Under the pieces are notes generated by a model, which was not told where the DNA came from, ran no database searches, and saw only the letters and a list, made by a program, of their open reading frames with translations. A program made the translations under genes and the position numbers. From Candidatus Omnitrophota bacterium (GTDB lineage Bacteria; Omnitrophota; Gorgyraeia; Gorgyraeales; Gorgyraeaceae), in contig JBDRCN010000016.1 of NCBI GenBank assembly GCA_043821705.1, positions 1-52,753 of the forward strand: DNA of 52,753 bases, given 5' to 3'. Positions within the stretch are counted from its first letter, which is position 1. Each line of letters starts with the position of its first letter. Below are positions 27,033-37,316 of this stretch, piece after piece.

Positions 27033-29627
27033 GTGTCCAGGATAACTAAAAACCTATCTATATGCATCTTGGCATTTTTTATTTTGGGTGGATTCACTTC
27101 TCCCAAAGCAACAAATGCTCAGGAAAGTGAGGTCCTTAAAAACGGCCTTACTGTCATAGTCAAAGAAAACCACAAAAACCCAATTGTGGTTTTTTCAGCT
27201 TTAGTGGATATAGGTTCAGCTAATGAAGGCAAATATCTGGGCAGCGGCATAAGCCATCTCACAGAGCACATGCTCTTTAAAAGCACAAAAAAATATTCTC
27301 CAGGAGAAATAGAAAGCATTCTCCATGAACATGGCGGGAACATACAGGCATTCACTTCTTTTGATTATACTGGCGTTCAGATATCCATCCTAAAAGAACA
27401 CACCCTAGTAGCATTAGATATCTTGGAGGATATGCTTCTTTATCCTACTTTTGATAAAAAAGAACTCGACAAGGAAAAAGAGGTCATAAAGAGAGAGATG
27501 GCCCTGGGCGAAGATGACTCTGGGAAAAAGATCTCTCGCTTGACATTCCAAAATGCCTTTTTCAAACATCCTTACCGCATCCCTATTATCGGTTATAAAG
27601 AAATGTTCTCAAGTCTGGAAAGAAAGGACCTGATAGGCTTCTTCAACACCTATTATCTTCCACAAAATATGGTAATATCAATAGTGGGTGATGTGGAAAA
27701 AGAGGCTATTTTCGCTGAGATAAGAAAAAGATTCGGGAAAAAGATCAGAGCTAATATCCAGTATGCTGTAGTCCCTTCAGAACCAGAACAGCTGAGGCCC
27801 AGACTGATCGAAGAAAAAAGCGCATTTGATGCTAGCTATCTGAACATTGCTTTTCACTCGACATCCATATTAAATAAAGACCTGTATGCCATGGATGTCC
27901 TCTCGTTCATATTAGGCCATGGTGAAAGCTCGAGATTGAACAGGTCATTAAGGTTGGACAAATCCCTGGTCCTATCTATAGCGTCTTATAATTACACTCC
28001 CAAATACCCTGGTCTTTTTGTTATTTCAAGCGTCCTTAAAGAAGAGACTGCAAGAGATGCTTTTTCGGAGATAAAAAAAGAAATAGCTCTGTTGAAAAAT
28101 AATGGGATCAGTGACGAGGAGCTGGAAAAAGCAAAAAATAACTTTTTAGCAGGTTATATGTATGAAAAAGAAAAGGTAAGCGCTCAGGCAAATGACCTTG
28201 CTGTTGGGAATATATTGACAGGCGACCATAACTTTTTTGAGACATATATAGAGAACATAAAAAAAGTAACAAAGGATGATGTCGCAAGGGTAGCTAAAAA
28301 ATATCTTATAGAAAGCAATATGACAACTGTAGCCCTTACTCCTTCCGGCAAGTCCCTGGACCTAAAAAAAGAGGCCACGAAAGAAAAAAAGACAAGATCT
28401 ATAAAAAAGATCACGCTGAAAAACGATCTTCCTGTGCTTCTTTCAGAGGACTCGAGCCTTCCAGTGGTCTCCATAGTAGTTTTGATGAAAGCTGGCATAA
28501 GGGTCGAGACTGATGAGAACAATGGTATATCAAGATTATTAAGCAGCATGCTTCTTGACGGCACAGAGACAATGTCACGCGAAGAAATAGCTGATCTTTA
28601 CGAAACAAAGGGCATGTCAGTAAATGTCTATTCAGCAAATAATAGTATTGGTATAAGAGTAGATGCTCTTAAGGAATATACTCTCGATGCCCTAGAACTA
28701 GTATCGAACATGCTTAAAGGATCGAACATCCCGGAAAAAGAGCTTGATAAAGAAAGAAAAGAGACTCTTTCCATGATCGAGATGCAGGATGATTCCATAT
28801 TTAACCACGGCCACAGGCTTTTAAAAGAAACTCTTTTTAAAAAACATAGCTACAGGTTACAGGCTATTGGAAAAAAGGAGAGCATTGAGAAGATCGCAAG
28901 AAAAGACCTTCTCGGGTTCTTAAAAAATATTACTTTATCAGAAAATATGGTACTTGGTATATGTGGCGATTTCAGTGCCAGCGAACCGGAACCCATTATT
29001 ATAAAGAATTTCTCTGATATCTCTTCTAAAAAACCCGACCTGATATCTCCTGAAAAAGAAAGCCCTCTTAAAAAAATAAGGGAACTAGCGATAGATGTTG
29101 ATAAAAAACAATCCCTAATACTTATCGGCTATCATGGTATTGATATCTACGATAAAGATAGATATGCATTCCAGGTCCTTGTGGATATGCTATCTCGGGA
29201 ATCTGGTGTAATATTTAAAAACATAAGAGAAAAAAGTGCTCTTTCCTACGCCCAAGGTGCATTTGAGGCCAGAGGCATAGATCCAGGTTATCTAGCGATA
29301 TATGTGCTTACTTCTAGAGAAAATATTAAAAAAGTAAAGGGCATGCTTTTTAAAGAAATAGATTCTTTTAAAAATAAGGGCATATCTCAGGAAGAGCTGG
29401 ATAGATCCAAGAATCACTTAAAATCCGCACGTGTCATGGAAATGGAAACTAATTCTCAGTTCATATTTCTGACATCTTTAGATGAATTATATGGACTTGG
29501 TTATAACGACTTTTTAGACTATAATAAGAAAATAGACAGTGTGACTAAAGAAGATATAGAGGCTGTGGCTTTGAGATTTCTTAATAATGATAAGGCTTCT
29601 ATAGTCATACTTAAAGGCAAGGACTGA
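27033..29627 (+). CDS. Fused two-module M16 zinc peptidase with N-terminal signal/anchor
   Basis: HLTEH in the first module. The second module (ITLKNDLPVLL...) lacks HxxEH. 864 aa. Confidence 0.88.
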   Translation: MSRITKNLSICILAFFILGGFTSPKATNAQESEVLKNGLTVIVKENHKNPIVVFSALVDIGSANEGKYLGSGISHLTEHMLFKSTKKYSPGEIESILHEHGGNIQAFTSFDYTGVQISILKEHTLVALDILEDMLLYPTFDKKELDKEKEVIKREMALGEDDSGKKISRLTFQNAFFKHPYRIPIIGYKEMFSSLERKDLIGFFNTYYLPQNMVISIVGDVEKEAIFAEIRKRFGKKIRANIQYAVVPSEPEQLRPRLIEEKSAFDASYLNIAFHSTSILNKDLYAMDVLSFILGHGESSRLNRSLRLDKSLVLSIASYNYTPKYPGLFVISSVLKEETARDAFSEIKKEIALLKNNGISDEELEKAKNNFLAGYMYEKEKVSAQANDLAVGNILTGDHNFFETYIENIKKVTKDDVARVAKKYLIESNMTTVALTPSGKSLDLKKEATKEKKTRSIKKITLKNDLPVLLSEDSSLPVVSIVVLMKAGIRVETDENNGISRLLSSMLLDGTETMSREEIADLYETKGMSVNVYSANNSIGIRVDALKEYTLDALELVSNMLKGSNIPEKELDKERKETLSMIEMQDDSIFNHGHRLLKETLFKKHSYRLQAIGKKESIEKIARKDLLGFLKNITLSENMVLGICGDFSASEPEPIIIKNFSDISSKKPDLISPEKESPLKKIRELAIDVDKKQSLILIGYHGIDIYDKDRYAFQVLVDMLSRESGVIFKNIREKSALSYAQGAFEARGIDPGYLAIYVLTSRENIKKVKGMLFKEIDSFKNKGISQEELDRSKNHLKSARVMEMETNSQFIFLTSLDELYGLGYNDFLDYNKKIDSVTKEDIEAVALRFLNNDKASIVILKGKD

Positions 29628-29630
29628 CCT

Positions 29631-30434
29631 ATGGTTAGAAAACCTGTTGTAAGTGGACAGTTTTACCCTCAGACAGAAACAGGCATCAATAAGATGTTAT
29701 CAAAATTTATTGACCAGTCTTCTGAAAAACAGGATGCAAAAGGCGTAATACTGCCTCATGCTGGTTATATATATTCTGGCCTTGTAGCTGGAAAGACCTT
29801 ATCAAAAGTAGACATAAAAAAAACAGCTATCATATTAGGCACTAACCATACTGGGGCTGGAAATAATTTCAGCATAATGACTAACGAAGCGTGGGAAACA
29901 CCTTTAGGGGACATAAAGATAGACATGGAGATCGCAGGGTCTTTATTAAAAGAAAGTACCTTGTTAAAAGAAGATGCATCTAGTCATCTATACGAACACT
30001 CTATAGAAGTCGAGCTCCCATTCTTACAGTTTATCAGAAAAGACATAAAGATAGTCCCTATAACAATAGCTTTGACCAGCCTGGATAAATTAAAGCTTCT
30101 TGGCAAAGAGATCGCGCGAGGTTTTAAAAAAATAGGCAGGAGCGCTCTTTTTATATCAAGCACTGATTTTACTCATTACGAGACAAAAGAGACTGCTGAA
30201 GAAAAAGACAGGCTTGCGATCGATTCTATATTAGCGCTGGATGAAGAAAGGTTATATAGGACTGTCAAAGAAAACAATATCTCTATGTGCGGCATTGCGC
30301 CTACATGCACACTTATAACTATTTGCAAAGAACTAGGTGCTCAAAAAGCAGGCCTCGTAAAATACCAGACAAGCGGCGATGTCTCTGGTGATTACAGCTC
30401 TGTGGTTGGGTACGCGGGGATGATATTATGGTAA
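29631..30434 (+). CDS. AmmeMemoRadiSam system protein B (MEMO1 family)
   Basis: RKPVVSGQFYP, PHAGYIYSG, EHSIEVELPFLQ, STDFTHY and SMCG. Confidence 0.92.
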   Translation: MVRKPVVSGQFYPQTETGINKMLSKFIDQSSEKQDAKGVILPHAGYIYSGLVAGKTLSKVDIKKTAIILGTNHTGAGNNFSIMTNEAWETPLGDIKIDMEIAGSLLKESTLLKEDASSHLYEHSIEVELPFLQFIRKDIKIVPITIALTSLDKLKLLGKEIARGFKKIGRSALFISSTDFTHYETKETAEEKDRLAIDSILALDEERLYRTVKENNISMCGIAPTCTLITICKELGAQKAGLVKYQTSGDVSGDYSSVVGYAGMILW

Positions 30435-31423
30435 ACACAGGAAAGCTGAAACTCTTGCTTAGATTCTCTATAAGCTTTGGCCTACTTACTGCATTGATAT
30501 GGATAATGCGTAATGATATACAGAATATCTTAGAGATATTAAAAGGCTCCAATAGATCTTATCTTATAGCAGCTCTTTCTATAAGCATACCTCTTTCTAT
30601 AGTTCTTGCTGTAAGACTGAAGTTTCTTATGGAAGGACAGAACATCAGGCTTCCTATGCATGACTTCATATACTTGACCTTTATAGGTTATTTCTTTAAT
30701 AATTTTTTTCCTACATCGATAGGAGGAGATATTGCAAAAGCATACTATGCTTATAAAAAGAGTGATAATAAAGCTGGCTCATATGCTGCTGTAGTAGCTG
30801 ACAGGATAATAGGGCTTCTCGCTGTGATCTCGATCGCTGCCATAGGGCTGATCTTTATGGGAAAGACCATAGAGAACAAGAACATCTTTATAGTAGTTTT
30901 AGTGATGCTCCTCTCAGCGATCTCTATAATATTGGCTCTCTTCAGTAAAAAGATAGTCCTCTTGGAAAAACTAAAAGGAAAAGTTAAGATCAATATTTTC
31001 AATAAACTTATAGATCTCATATTAAAACTATACGATGCCCTGCATTACTATAAAGGACAAAAAAAGTTATTGATAAAGGCATATCTCTTTTCTCTCGTGA
31101 TGCAAGGCTGCTCTGTCGCAAGTATATACTTTTTTATTCTTTGCCTGGGTGGCAACATGCATATCTTAAAACTTTTTTTGATCATACCTCTCATATGGAC
31201 TGTCAGTATGCTCCCGTCATTGAATGGGCTCGGCGTACGAGAAGGAGCATTCGTATATTTCCTAGCACCTGACATTGGCAAAGAAACAGCATTCTCAGTC
31301 TCGCTATTATGGCTTGGCCTTATAATCTTATTCAGTACCATAGGCGGGATATACCATCTATTGTATCCTGTCAAAAAAGAACTAAAAAAAGAACTCTCTG
31401 AGGGGGTGTCCAGTGATAGATAA
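30428..31423 (+). CDS. Lysylphosphatidylglycerol synthase TM / flippase-like membrane protein (UPF0104)
   Basis: FFNNFFPTSIGGD, DRIIGL and LPSLNGLGVREGAF; multiple TM segments. Confidence 0.85.
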   Translation: MVNTGKLKLLLRFSISFGLLTALIWIMRNDIQNILEILKGSNRSYLIAALSISIPLSIVLAVRLKFLMEGQNIRLPMHDFIYLTFIGYFFNNFFPTSIGGDIAKAYYAYKKSDNKAGSYAAVVADRIIGLLAVISIAAIGLIFMGKTIENKNIFIVVLVMLLSAISIILALFSKKIVLLEKLKGKVKINIFNKLIDLILKLYDALHYYKGQKKLLIKAYLFSLVMQGCSVASIYFFILCLGGNMHILKLFLIIPLIWTVSMLPSLNGLGVREGAFVYFLAPDIGKETAFSVSLLWLGLIILFSTIGGIYHLLYPVKKELKKELSEGVSSDR

Positions 31424-31571
31424 AAAATTACTCGAGGTCTTAGCTTGTCCTGCATGCAAAAACGACGTCTTGTTCAAAGACGATAAGATAGTCTGCATAA
31501 ACTGTAAAAGAAAATATCCAATAAAAGACGATATACCAATAATGCTAATAGAGGAATCAGAACAAGGCTAA
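31413..31571 (+). CDS. Trm112-family small protein (not in ORF track)
   Basis: GTG start; [52 protein letters not shown]. Confidence 0.9.
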   Translation: MIDKKLLEVLACPACKNDVLFKDDKIVCINCKRKYPIKDDIPIMLIEESEQG

Positions 31572-31593
31572 ACTTGAAAAAGGAGTACTTATC

Positions 31594-32034
31594 ATGAAAA
31601 AGATATTAGTGATCCACGGCCCTAACTTAAATCTTCTCGGCCAAAGAGAACCGGATGTATACGGAGTAGTCACTATAGACGATATAAATAAAAAACTTTC
31701 TTCCATAGCAAAGACAAAAAATGTAAAGCTTGATATATTTCAATCAAATCATGAAGGTGAAATAGTAGATAAGATCGGTAAAGCCAAGAACAAGTACGAT
31801 GCCCTGGTGATAAACCCTGCTGCATACACTCATACAAGCGTTGCTATACGCGATGCTATCCTTGCTACTGCCATACCAACAGTAGAAGTGCACCTATCCA
31901 ATATCTATGCAAGAGAGGACTTCAGGCATATATCGCTCATCTCCTCTGTTGCAAAAGGCCAGATCTCAGGATTTGGTATCTTCAGTTATATATACGGATT
32001 GGAAGCTGCTATTAAATTAGCGACTGCCAAGTAG
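31594..32034 (+). CDS. aroQ: Type II 3-dehydroquinate dehydratase
   Basis: [32 protein letters not shown] and EVHLSN. Confidence 0.97.
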   Translation: MKKILVIHGPNLNLLGQREPDVYGVVTIDDINKKLSSIAKTKNVKLDIFQSNHEGEIVDKIGKAKNKYDALVINPAAYTHTSVAIRDAILATAIPTVEVHLSNIYAREDFRHISLISSVAKGQISGFGIFSYIYGLEAAIKLATAK

Positions 32035-32055
32035 CAGGTTGCATGCCACAAGCCA

Positions 32056-32109
32056 CCCTCCTACGCCTTTGTGAATTACAACTTAAAAGGCTGGCTTCGG
32101 AGGGCAGGC
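32056..32109 (+). repeat. REP-like repeat family B
   Basis: CCCTCCTACGCCTTT-N-GGCTGGCTTCGGAGGGCAGGC, 48/54 identical to 34227-34280. Confidence 0.9.
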
Positions 32110-32150
32110 AAGTCACAAGTTATGGATTATATATAAAAAGACATAAAAGA

Positions 32151-33200
32151 TTGCTAGCTCTTCTAAAAGATTATTCTCTGGATGCATTATTAGTGAAAAA
32201 GAAACAAAATATACACTATCTCACTGGATCCAAAGGAGAAGATTCCATCCTCATTGTTTCCAGTAAGAAACCTATCTTAATAACTGACTCTAGGTATAAA
32301 GAAGAATATTCAAAAAACCCCTCTTTATACACTGTTAAAACCAGAGAGACCTCAAGTATATACAAGCTAGCCCAAAGCTCTTTTATAAAAAATAAATGGA
32401 AGGCTATAGCCTTTGAATCAGATTCTTTCAGTGTGTCTGAATTTCTGGCCTTAAAAAAAGGTGTTAAGAACATTAACTTTATACCAAAACAAGGCCTCGT
32501 GCAATCCTTGAGGATGATAAAAGACAAGGATGAAATAAAGATCATAAAAAAGGCTTGCAAAGATGGGGCTCATATCATGAGTCATGCCTTGAGATGCCCT
32601 AAGCCTGGCATGACAGAAGAGCGTATTAAAGCAATGATAGAATCTTATATGGCAAAGATGAAAATAAAAAAAGCAGGCTTCGACATTATTATAGCTTCTG
32701 GCAGGAATAGCTCAATGCCGCATGCCTCAGTTACCAAGAGGATCTTAAGAAAAAAAGACATGTTTTTGATAGACCTGGGCACCCTATATAAAGGCTATAA
32801 TTCCGACTTGACAAGAGCCAGATATTTAGGTAGAATTGACCGCAAGTATCTAAAGCTTTATAATATTGTTTTAGACGCCCAACTTAAGGCTATAGAAGCT
32901 ATAAAGCCGGGCATAAAAGCTAATATATTAGATAAGATATCTAGGAACTATATATCTTACAGAGGTCTTGGTAAATATTTTGTGCATAGCCTTGGTCATG
33001 GGATCGGGCTGGAGACACACGAGCTCCCCAGGATCTCGCATAACTCAAACGATATATTAGAAGAAGGTATGGTCATAACCATAGAACCTGGCATATATAT
33101 ACCAGGATGGGGCGGAATAAGAATAGAAGATGATATATTAGTCACTAACAAAGGTCGTGAAGTATTAACAAAAGGAGTGCAAAAGAAGCTATGCAAGTAG
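32151..33200 (+). CDS. Xaa-Pro aminopeptidase (M24B); start codon uncertain (32043 ATG, 32122 ATG with frameshift, or 32151 TTG)
   Basis: Metal-binding motifs DLG, YNSDLTR, HSLGHGIGLETHE, TIEPGIY and GIRIEDD. Confidence 0.88.
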   Translation: MLALLKDYSLDALLVKKKQNIHYLTGSKGEDSILIVSSKKPILITDSRYKEEYSKNPSLYTVKTRETSSIYKLAQSSFIKNKWKAIAFESDSFSVSEFLALKKGVKNINFIPKQGLVQSLRMIKDKDEIKIIKKACKDGAHIMSHALRCPKPGMTEERIKAMIESYMAKMKIKKAGFDIIIASGRNSSMPHASVTKRILRKKDMFLIDLGTLYKGYNSDLTRARYLGRIDRKYLKLYNIVLDAQLKAIEAIKPGIKANILDKISRNYISYRGLGKYFVHSLGHGIGLETHELPRISHNSNDILEEGMVITIEPGIYIPGWGGIRIEDDILVTNKGREVLTKGVQKKLCK

Positions 33201-33751
33201 GTCTTAACCAAACTAAAAAAGGTCACTGTATAATAATGGATGGTGATCTCTATTTTATAATAGAAAAAGATCATGTTAAACCAGGTAAGGGCGGGGCTTT
33301 TGTGCGCGTAAAACTCAAGCATGCTAAAAGCGGAAGGGTCATAGACAGGACATTAAAACCTGATGTAAAAGTAGAAACTGCTTTTATAGAGAAAAAGACC
33401 CTGCAGTATCTTTACTCTCACGGAGACATGTACGAATTCATGGATTCTGATACATATGATCAGTTGGCGTTACATAAGGATATTATATCTGATGTGATAG
33501 ATTTTTTAAAAGAGAACATGGAAGTAACTGCTCTTATGCGTGAGCGCCAGATCATAACTATAGAACCCCCGCTGACAGTAGAACTGAAGATCGCCTCTAC
33601 TGAACCAGGTATAAGAGGAGACACCTCAAAAGCTGGAACAAAACCTGCGATACTAGAAACAGGTATGACTGTTTTAGTCCCTCTTTTTGTAAATGAAGGG
33701 GAGATCATAAAAGTAGACACTAGGACCAGAGAATATACGGGTAGGGCTTAA
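33191..33751 (+). CDS. efp: Elongation factor P
   Basis: HVKPGKGGAFVR, TEPGIRGDTS and KVDTRTREYTGR. Confidence 0.97.
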   Translation: MQVGLNQTKKGHCIIMDGDLYFIIEKDHVKPGKGGAFVRVKLKHAKSGRVIDRTLKPDVKVETAFIEKKTLQYLYSHGDMYEFMDSDTYDQLALHKDIISDVIDFLKENMEVTALMRERQIITIEPPLTVELKIASTEPGIRGDTSKAGTKPAILETGMTVLVPLFVNEGEIIKVDTRTREYTGRA

Positions 33752-33768
33752 TCTAAAAGGAGTTCATT

Positions 33769-34224
33769 ATGAATTTGAAAGAGATCAAAGAAATAATAAA
33801 TCTCATGAATGAAAATAGCCTTGGAGAAATAGAGATCGAACGAGATGGGATGAAAATAAGGATAAAAAAATCCATATCTGGAAAATTTGAAGAAATAACA
33901 GAAGAAGGAAGCCAAGGAACGATCCAGCAAGTAACTTCCGACCAAAAAGAGACTCCTCAAAAAGAAACTAGCCAATCAAAGAATCTAGTAGCTATAAAAG
34001 CTCCTATGGTAGGGACCTTTTATAGAGCTGCTTCACCAGATTCAAAACCATACGTAGAGACCGGCAATAATATTGATGTCGGCCAGACTATCTGCGTCAT
34101 AGAAGCCATGAAACTTATGAACGAGATCAAATCAGAGGTAAAAGGCAAGGTTGTCGAAGTCTTGATAGAAAATTCTGGCCCTGTAGAATATGGGCAAGTG
34201 CTTTTTATGGTAGAGCCATCTTAA
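33769..34224 (+). CDS. accB: Biotin carboxyl carrier protein
   Basis: APMVGTFY and IEAMKLMNE. Confidence 0.96.
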   Translation: MNLKEIKEIINLMNENSLGEIEIERDGMKIRIKKSISGKFEEITEEGSQGTIQQVTSDQKETPQKETSQSKNLVAIKAPMVGTFYRAASPDSKPYVETGNNIDVGQTICVIEAMKLMNEIKSEVKGKVVEVLIENSGPVEYGQVLFMVEPS

Positions 34225-34226
34225 AA

Positions 34227-34280
34227 CCCTCCTACGCCTTTACGAATTGCAGCTTGATAGGCTGGCTTCGGAGGGCAGGC
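34227..34280 (+). repeat. REP-like repeat family B
   Basis: 48/54 identical to 32056-32109. Confidence 0.9.
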
Positions 34281-34302
34281 GGGTTGCGGGTAAAGGATAA
34301 AA

Positions 34303-35649
34303 ATGTTTTCAAAAATACTGATAGCAAATAGAGGAGAAGTAGCTGTAAGGATAATACGCGCCTGTAAAGAGATGGGCATTAAGACAGTAGCAGTATATTC
34401 TGAACCTGATGCCCTAAGCCTGCATGCTAAATTAGCTGATGAAGCTGTGTGCATAGGTTCTGCAGCTCCTTCTGAAAGTTACCTAAATATACCTGCTATA
34501 ATAAGTGCTGCTGAGATAACAGACGTAGATGCCATACATCCTGGATACGGGTTCTTAGCTGAAAACGCACACTTTGCAGAGATATGTGAATCCTGCGAGA
34601 TCGCTTTTATCGGCCCTACCCCTGAAAACATGAGGCTCCTTGGGGATAAAATGACAGCAAGACTTACCATGCAAAAGATAGGTGTCCCAGTCATCCCAGG
34701 AAGTCAGAATATAATCAAGACAAAGGAAGAGGCACTAAAGGTCGCAAAAAAATTAAAGTATCCAGTTATCATAAAAGCTTCTGCTGGCGGAGGCGGAAAA
34801 GGCATGAGGGTCTGTCATAATGATGTAAGGCTTGTCAGTTCTTTTATAACCGCGCAGCAGGAAGCCGAAGCTAGTTTTGGGAATAAAGATGTGTATCTTG
34901 AAAAATATATTGAAAGGCCTAGACATATAGAAGTACAAGTTCTGGCTGATAAATATGGCCATGCCATACACCTGGGAGAAAGGGATTGTACTATTCAGAG
35001 AAGACATCAAAAACTGATAGAAGAAGCTCCTTCTCCAGCAATAGACAACAAGCTTAGAAAAAAAGTAGGGGACATGGCGATCAAGGCAATAAAGTCCTGT
35101 AATTATGTAAATGCGGGAACAGTAGAATTTTTATTCGATAAATATAAAAATTTCTATTTTCTCGAGGTAAACACCAGGATACAGGTAGAACATCCTGTGA
35201 CAGAGGTCGTGACAGGCGTAGATATAGTAAAAGAACAGATAAAGATCGCTGCTGGCATGAAGCTCTCATACAAACAAGATGATATAAAGATCAAGACAGT
35301 TGCCATTGAATGCAGGATAAACGCTGAGAACAGTGAGAATAATTTTATGCCATGCCCTGGAAAAGTGGAACTATTTTTACCTCCAGGCGGACCTGGCGTA
35401 AGAGTAGATACGCATGTCTACTCTGGGTATACGATAGTACCTTACTATGATTCTATGATAGCAAAACTCATTACATACGGAAAAAATAGACAAGAAGCCA
35501 TAAAGACCATGAGAAGGGCCCTTGATGAATTTTTAGTAGTACCTATAAAAACAACTATACCTTTTCATAAGCACGTCATGAATGACATGCTTTTCTTGCG
35601 CGGAGATTTCGCAACTGATTATGTAGAAAATCTCACTTCAAGTGAGTAA
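34303..35649 (+). CDS. accC: Biotin carboxylase
   Basis: ANRGEVA, HPGYGFLAEN, GGGGKGMR and EVNTRIQVEHPVTE. Confidence 0.97.
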   Translation: MFSKILIANRGEVAVRIIRACKEMGIKTVAVYSEPDALSLHAKLADEAVCIGSAAPSESYLNIPAIISAAEITDVDAIHPGYGFLAENAHFAEICESCEIAFIGPTPENMRLLGDKMTARLTMQKIGVPVIPGSQNIIKTKEEALKVAKKLKYPVIIKASAGGGGKGMRVCHNDVRLVSSFITAQQEAEASFGNKDVYLEKYIERPRHIEVQVLADKYGHAIHLGERDCTIQRRHQKLIEEAPSPAIDNKLRKKVGDMAIKAIKSCNYVNAGTVEFLFDKYKNFYFLEVNTRIQVEHPVTEVVTGVDIVKEQIKIAAGMKLSYKQDDIKIKTVAIECRINAENSENNFMPCPGKVELFLPPGGPGVRVDTHVYSGYTIVPYYDSMIAKLITYGKNRQEAIKTMRRALDEFLVVPIKTTIPFHKHVMNDMLFLRGDFATDYVENLTSSE

Positions 35650-35676
35650 GTAAAAATAGTTCCTCGGAGGTCTGAT

Positions 35677-36249
35677 ATGAAAACATTTAACATGATACTT
35701 ATCTTCATCTACACTATGATCTTTTCAGTCATCGGCGCGCTTCTTATAGCTATCTCGTTCCATGCAGAATATTTTAACCTCTTCAAAAGCCTCACCGATC
35801 AGATATCACAACAGAACAACCTAAGACTTGGCCTTGCTGGCCTGGGTTTCCTGATGATGGTGGTGAATATCTCCATAGTACAGCTTTCGCTCAATAGGCT
35901 TAGAAAAGATAAGAACATTGCCTTTGATAATCCTTATGGCAGGGTAACTGTCTCGCTGACCGCTATAGAAGATTATATTAAAAAACTTACAAACGAGATG
36001 TCAGAAGTAAAAGAAATAAAGTCATCCATAAACTCTATCAAATCAGGCATAGAGGTGAATGCAAAAGTAATACTTTATTCTGGGTTCAACATACCTGAAG
36101 TCACTGAAAAGATACAAAGCGCTATAAAGATGCGTCTACAGGAAATGCTAGGCCTCGAAGAAACTGTAGTGATAAAAGTGCATGTCGTAAAAATAATAAG
36201 TACGGAGAAAAAACATCCAACAACAGATGTCCCGGAAAGCGGATATTAA
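35677..36249 (+). CDS. AmaP-like alkaline shock response membrane anchor protein
   Basis: Two N-terminal TM helices, then GRVTVSLTAIED and an Asp23-like C-terminus; syntenic with efp-accBC. Confidence 0.7.
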   Translation: MKTFNMILIFIYTMIFSVIGALLIAISFHAEYFNLFKSLTDQISQQNNLRLGLAGLGFLMMVVNISIVQLSLNRLRKDKNIAFDNPYGRVTVSLTAIEDYIKKLTNEMSEVKEIKSSINSIKSGIEVNAKVILYSGFNIPEVTEKIQSAIKMRLQEMLGLEETVVIKVHVVKIISTEKKHPTTDVPESGY

Positions 36250-36267
36250 AAACAAAGGAAGGAAAGA

Positions 36268-37305
36268 ATGGCTAATACTAAAAAAATAGGGGTGTTGACT
36301 GGTGGTGGAGATTGTCCAGGCCTTAATTCAGTGATAAGAGCTGTGGTAAGATACGCGATAAAAGAAAACTATGAAGTAGTAGGTATTAAAAATGGTTGGA
36401 AAGGCCTGGTTGAAAAAACTACCATACCTTTAGACCTATCCACGGTCTCAGGCATATTACCAAAAGGCGGAACTATATTAGGGACATCAAGGACTAATCC
36501 TTATAAAAACAAAGATGATGTAAAAAAGGTAAAAGCCAATTTCAAACTATTAGGCCTAGAGGCACTAATAGTTATTGGGGGAGAAGATACTCTAGGCGTA
36601 GCTTCTAAGCTCTATAAAGAGGGGCTAAATGTAGTCGGCGCACCAAAGACCATTGATAATGATCTTTCTTGCACTGATGTTACTTTTGGTTTTGACACAG
36701 CTATAAACATAGCTACTGAAGCCATAGACAGATTACATACAACCGCTGAGTCGCACAACAGGATCATGGTAGTCGAGGTAATGGGAAGACACGCTGGATG
36801 GATAGCTGTAGAATCCGGTATAGCTGGAGGAGCTGATGTTATATTAATACCAGAGATACCTATTGACGTAGATGAGGTCTGCAAGATCCTAAAAAAGCGC
36901 CATAAGAGAGGGAAAAGTTTCAGCATAGTAGTAGTAGCAGAAGGAGCTAAATTTAAAAAAGGAAGCCTCGTGAAGCAGGAAGAAAAACTAGATTCTTTTG
37001 GGCATGTAAGGCTGGGAGGCATAGGCCACGCGCTCGGAGAACTCATTGAAGAAAAAACAGGTTTTGAAACAAGGGTAACTGTATTAGGCCACATACAAAG
37101 AGGTGGCACTCCTACTGCATTTGACAGGATACTGGGAACCAGATTCGGCGTAAAGGCCATGGAGTTGGTAGTTAAAAAAGATTATGGAAAAATGGCTGCC
37201 TTGAACGGAGATAAAATCGTAGGCGTTCCTTTAGAAAAAGCTGTGTCTAAACTAAAGACTGTTGACATGGAACTATACAAGATCGCGCAGATATTTTTCG
37301 GATAA
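36268..37305 (+). CDS. pfkA: 6-phosphofructokinase, PfkA group III with PPi-type signature
   Basis: TGGGDCPGLN, GGEDT, PKTIDND and EVMGRHAGW. Confidence 0.92.
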   Translation: MANTKKIGVLTGGGDCPGLNSVIRAVVRYAIKENYEVVGIKNGWKGLVEKTTIPLDLSTVSGILPKGGTILGTSRTNPYKNKDDVKKVKANFKLLGLEALIVIGGEDTLGVASKLYKEGLNVVGAPKTIDNDLSCTDVTFGFDTAINIATEAIDRLHTTAESHNRIMVVEVMGRHAGWIAVESGIAGGADVILIPEIPIDVDEVCKILKKRHKRGKSFSIVVVAEGAKFKKGSLVKQEEKLDSFGHVRLGGIGHALGELIEEKTGFETRVTVLGHIQRGGTPTAFDRILGTRFGVKAMELVVKKDYGKMAALNGDKIVGVPLEKAVSKLKTVDMELYKIAQIFFG

Positions 37306-37316
37306 ATAGGTGTGTA

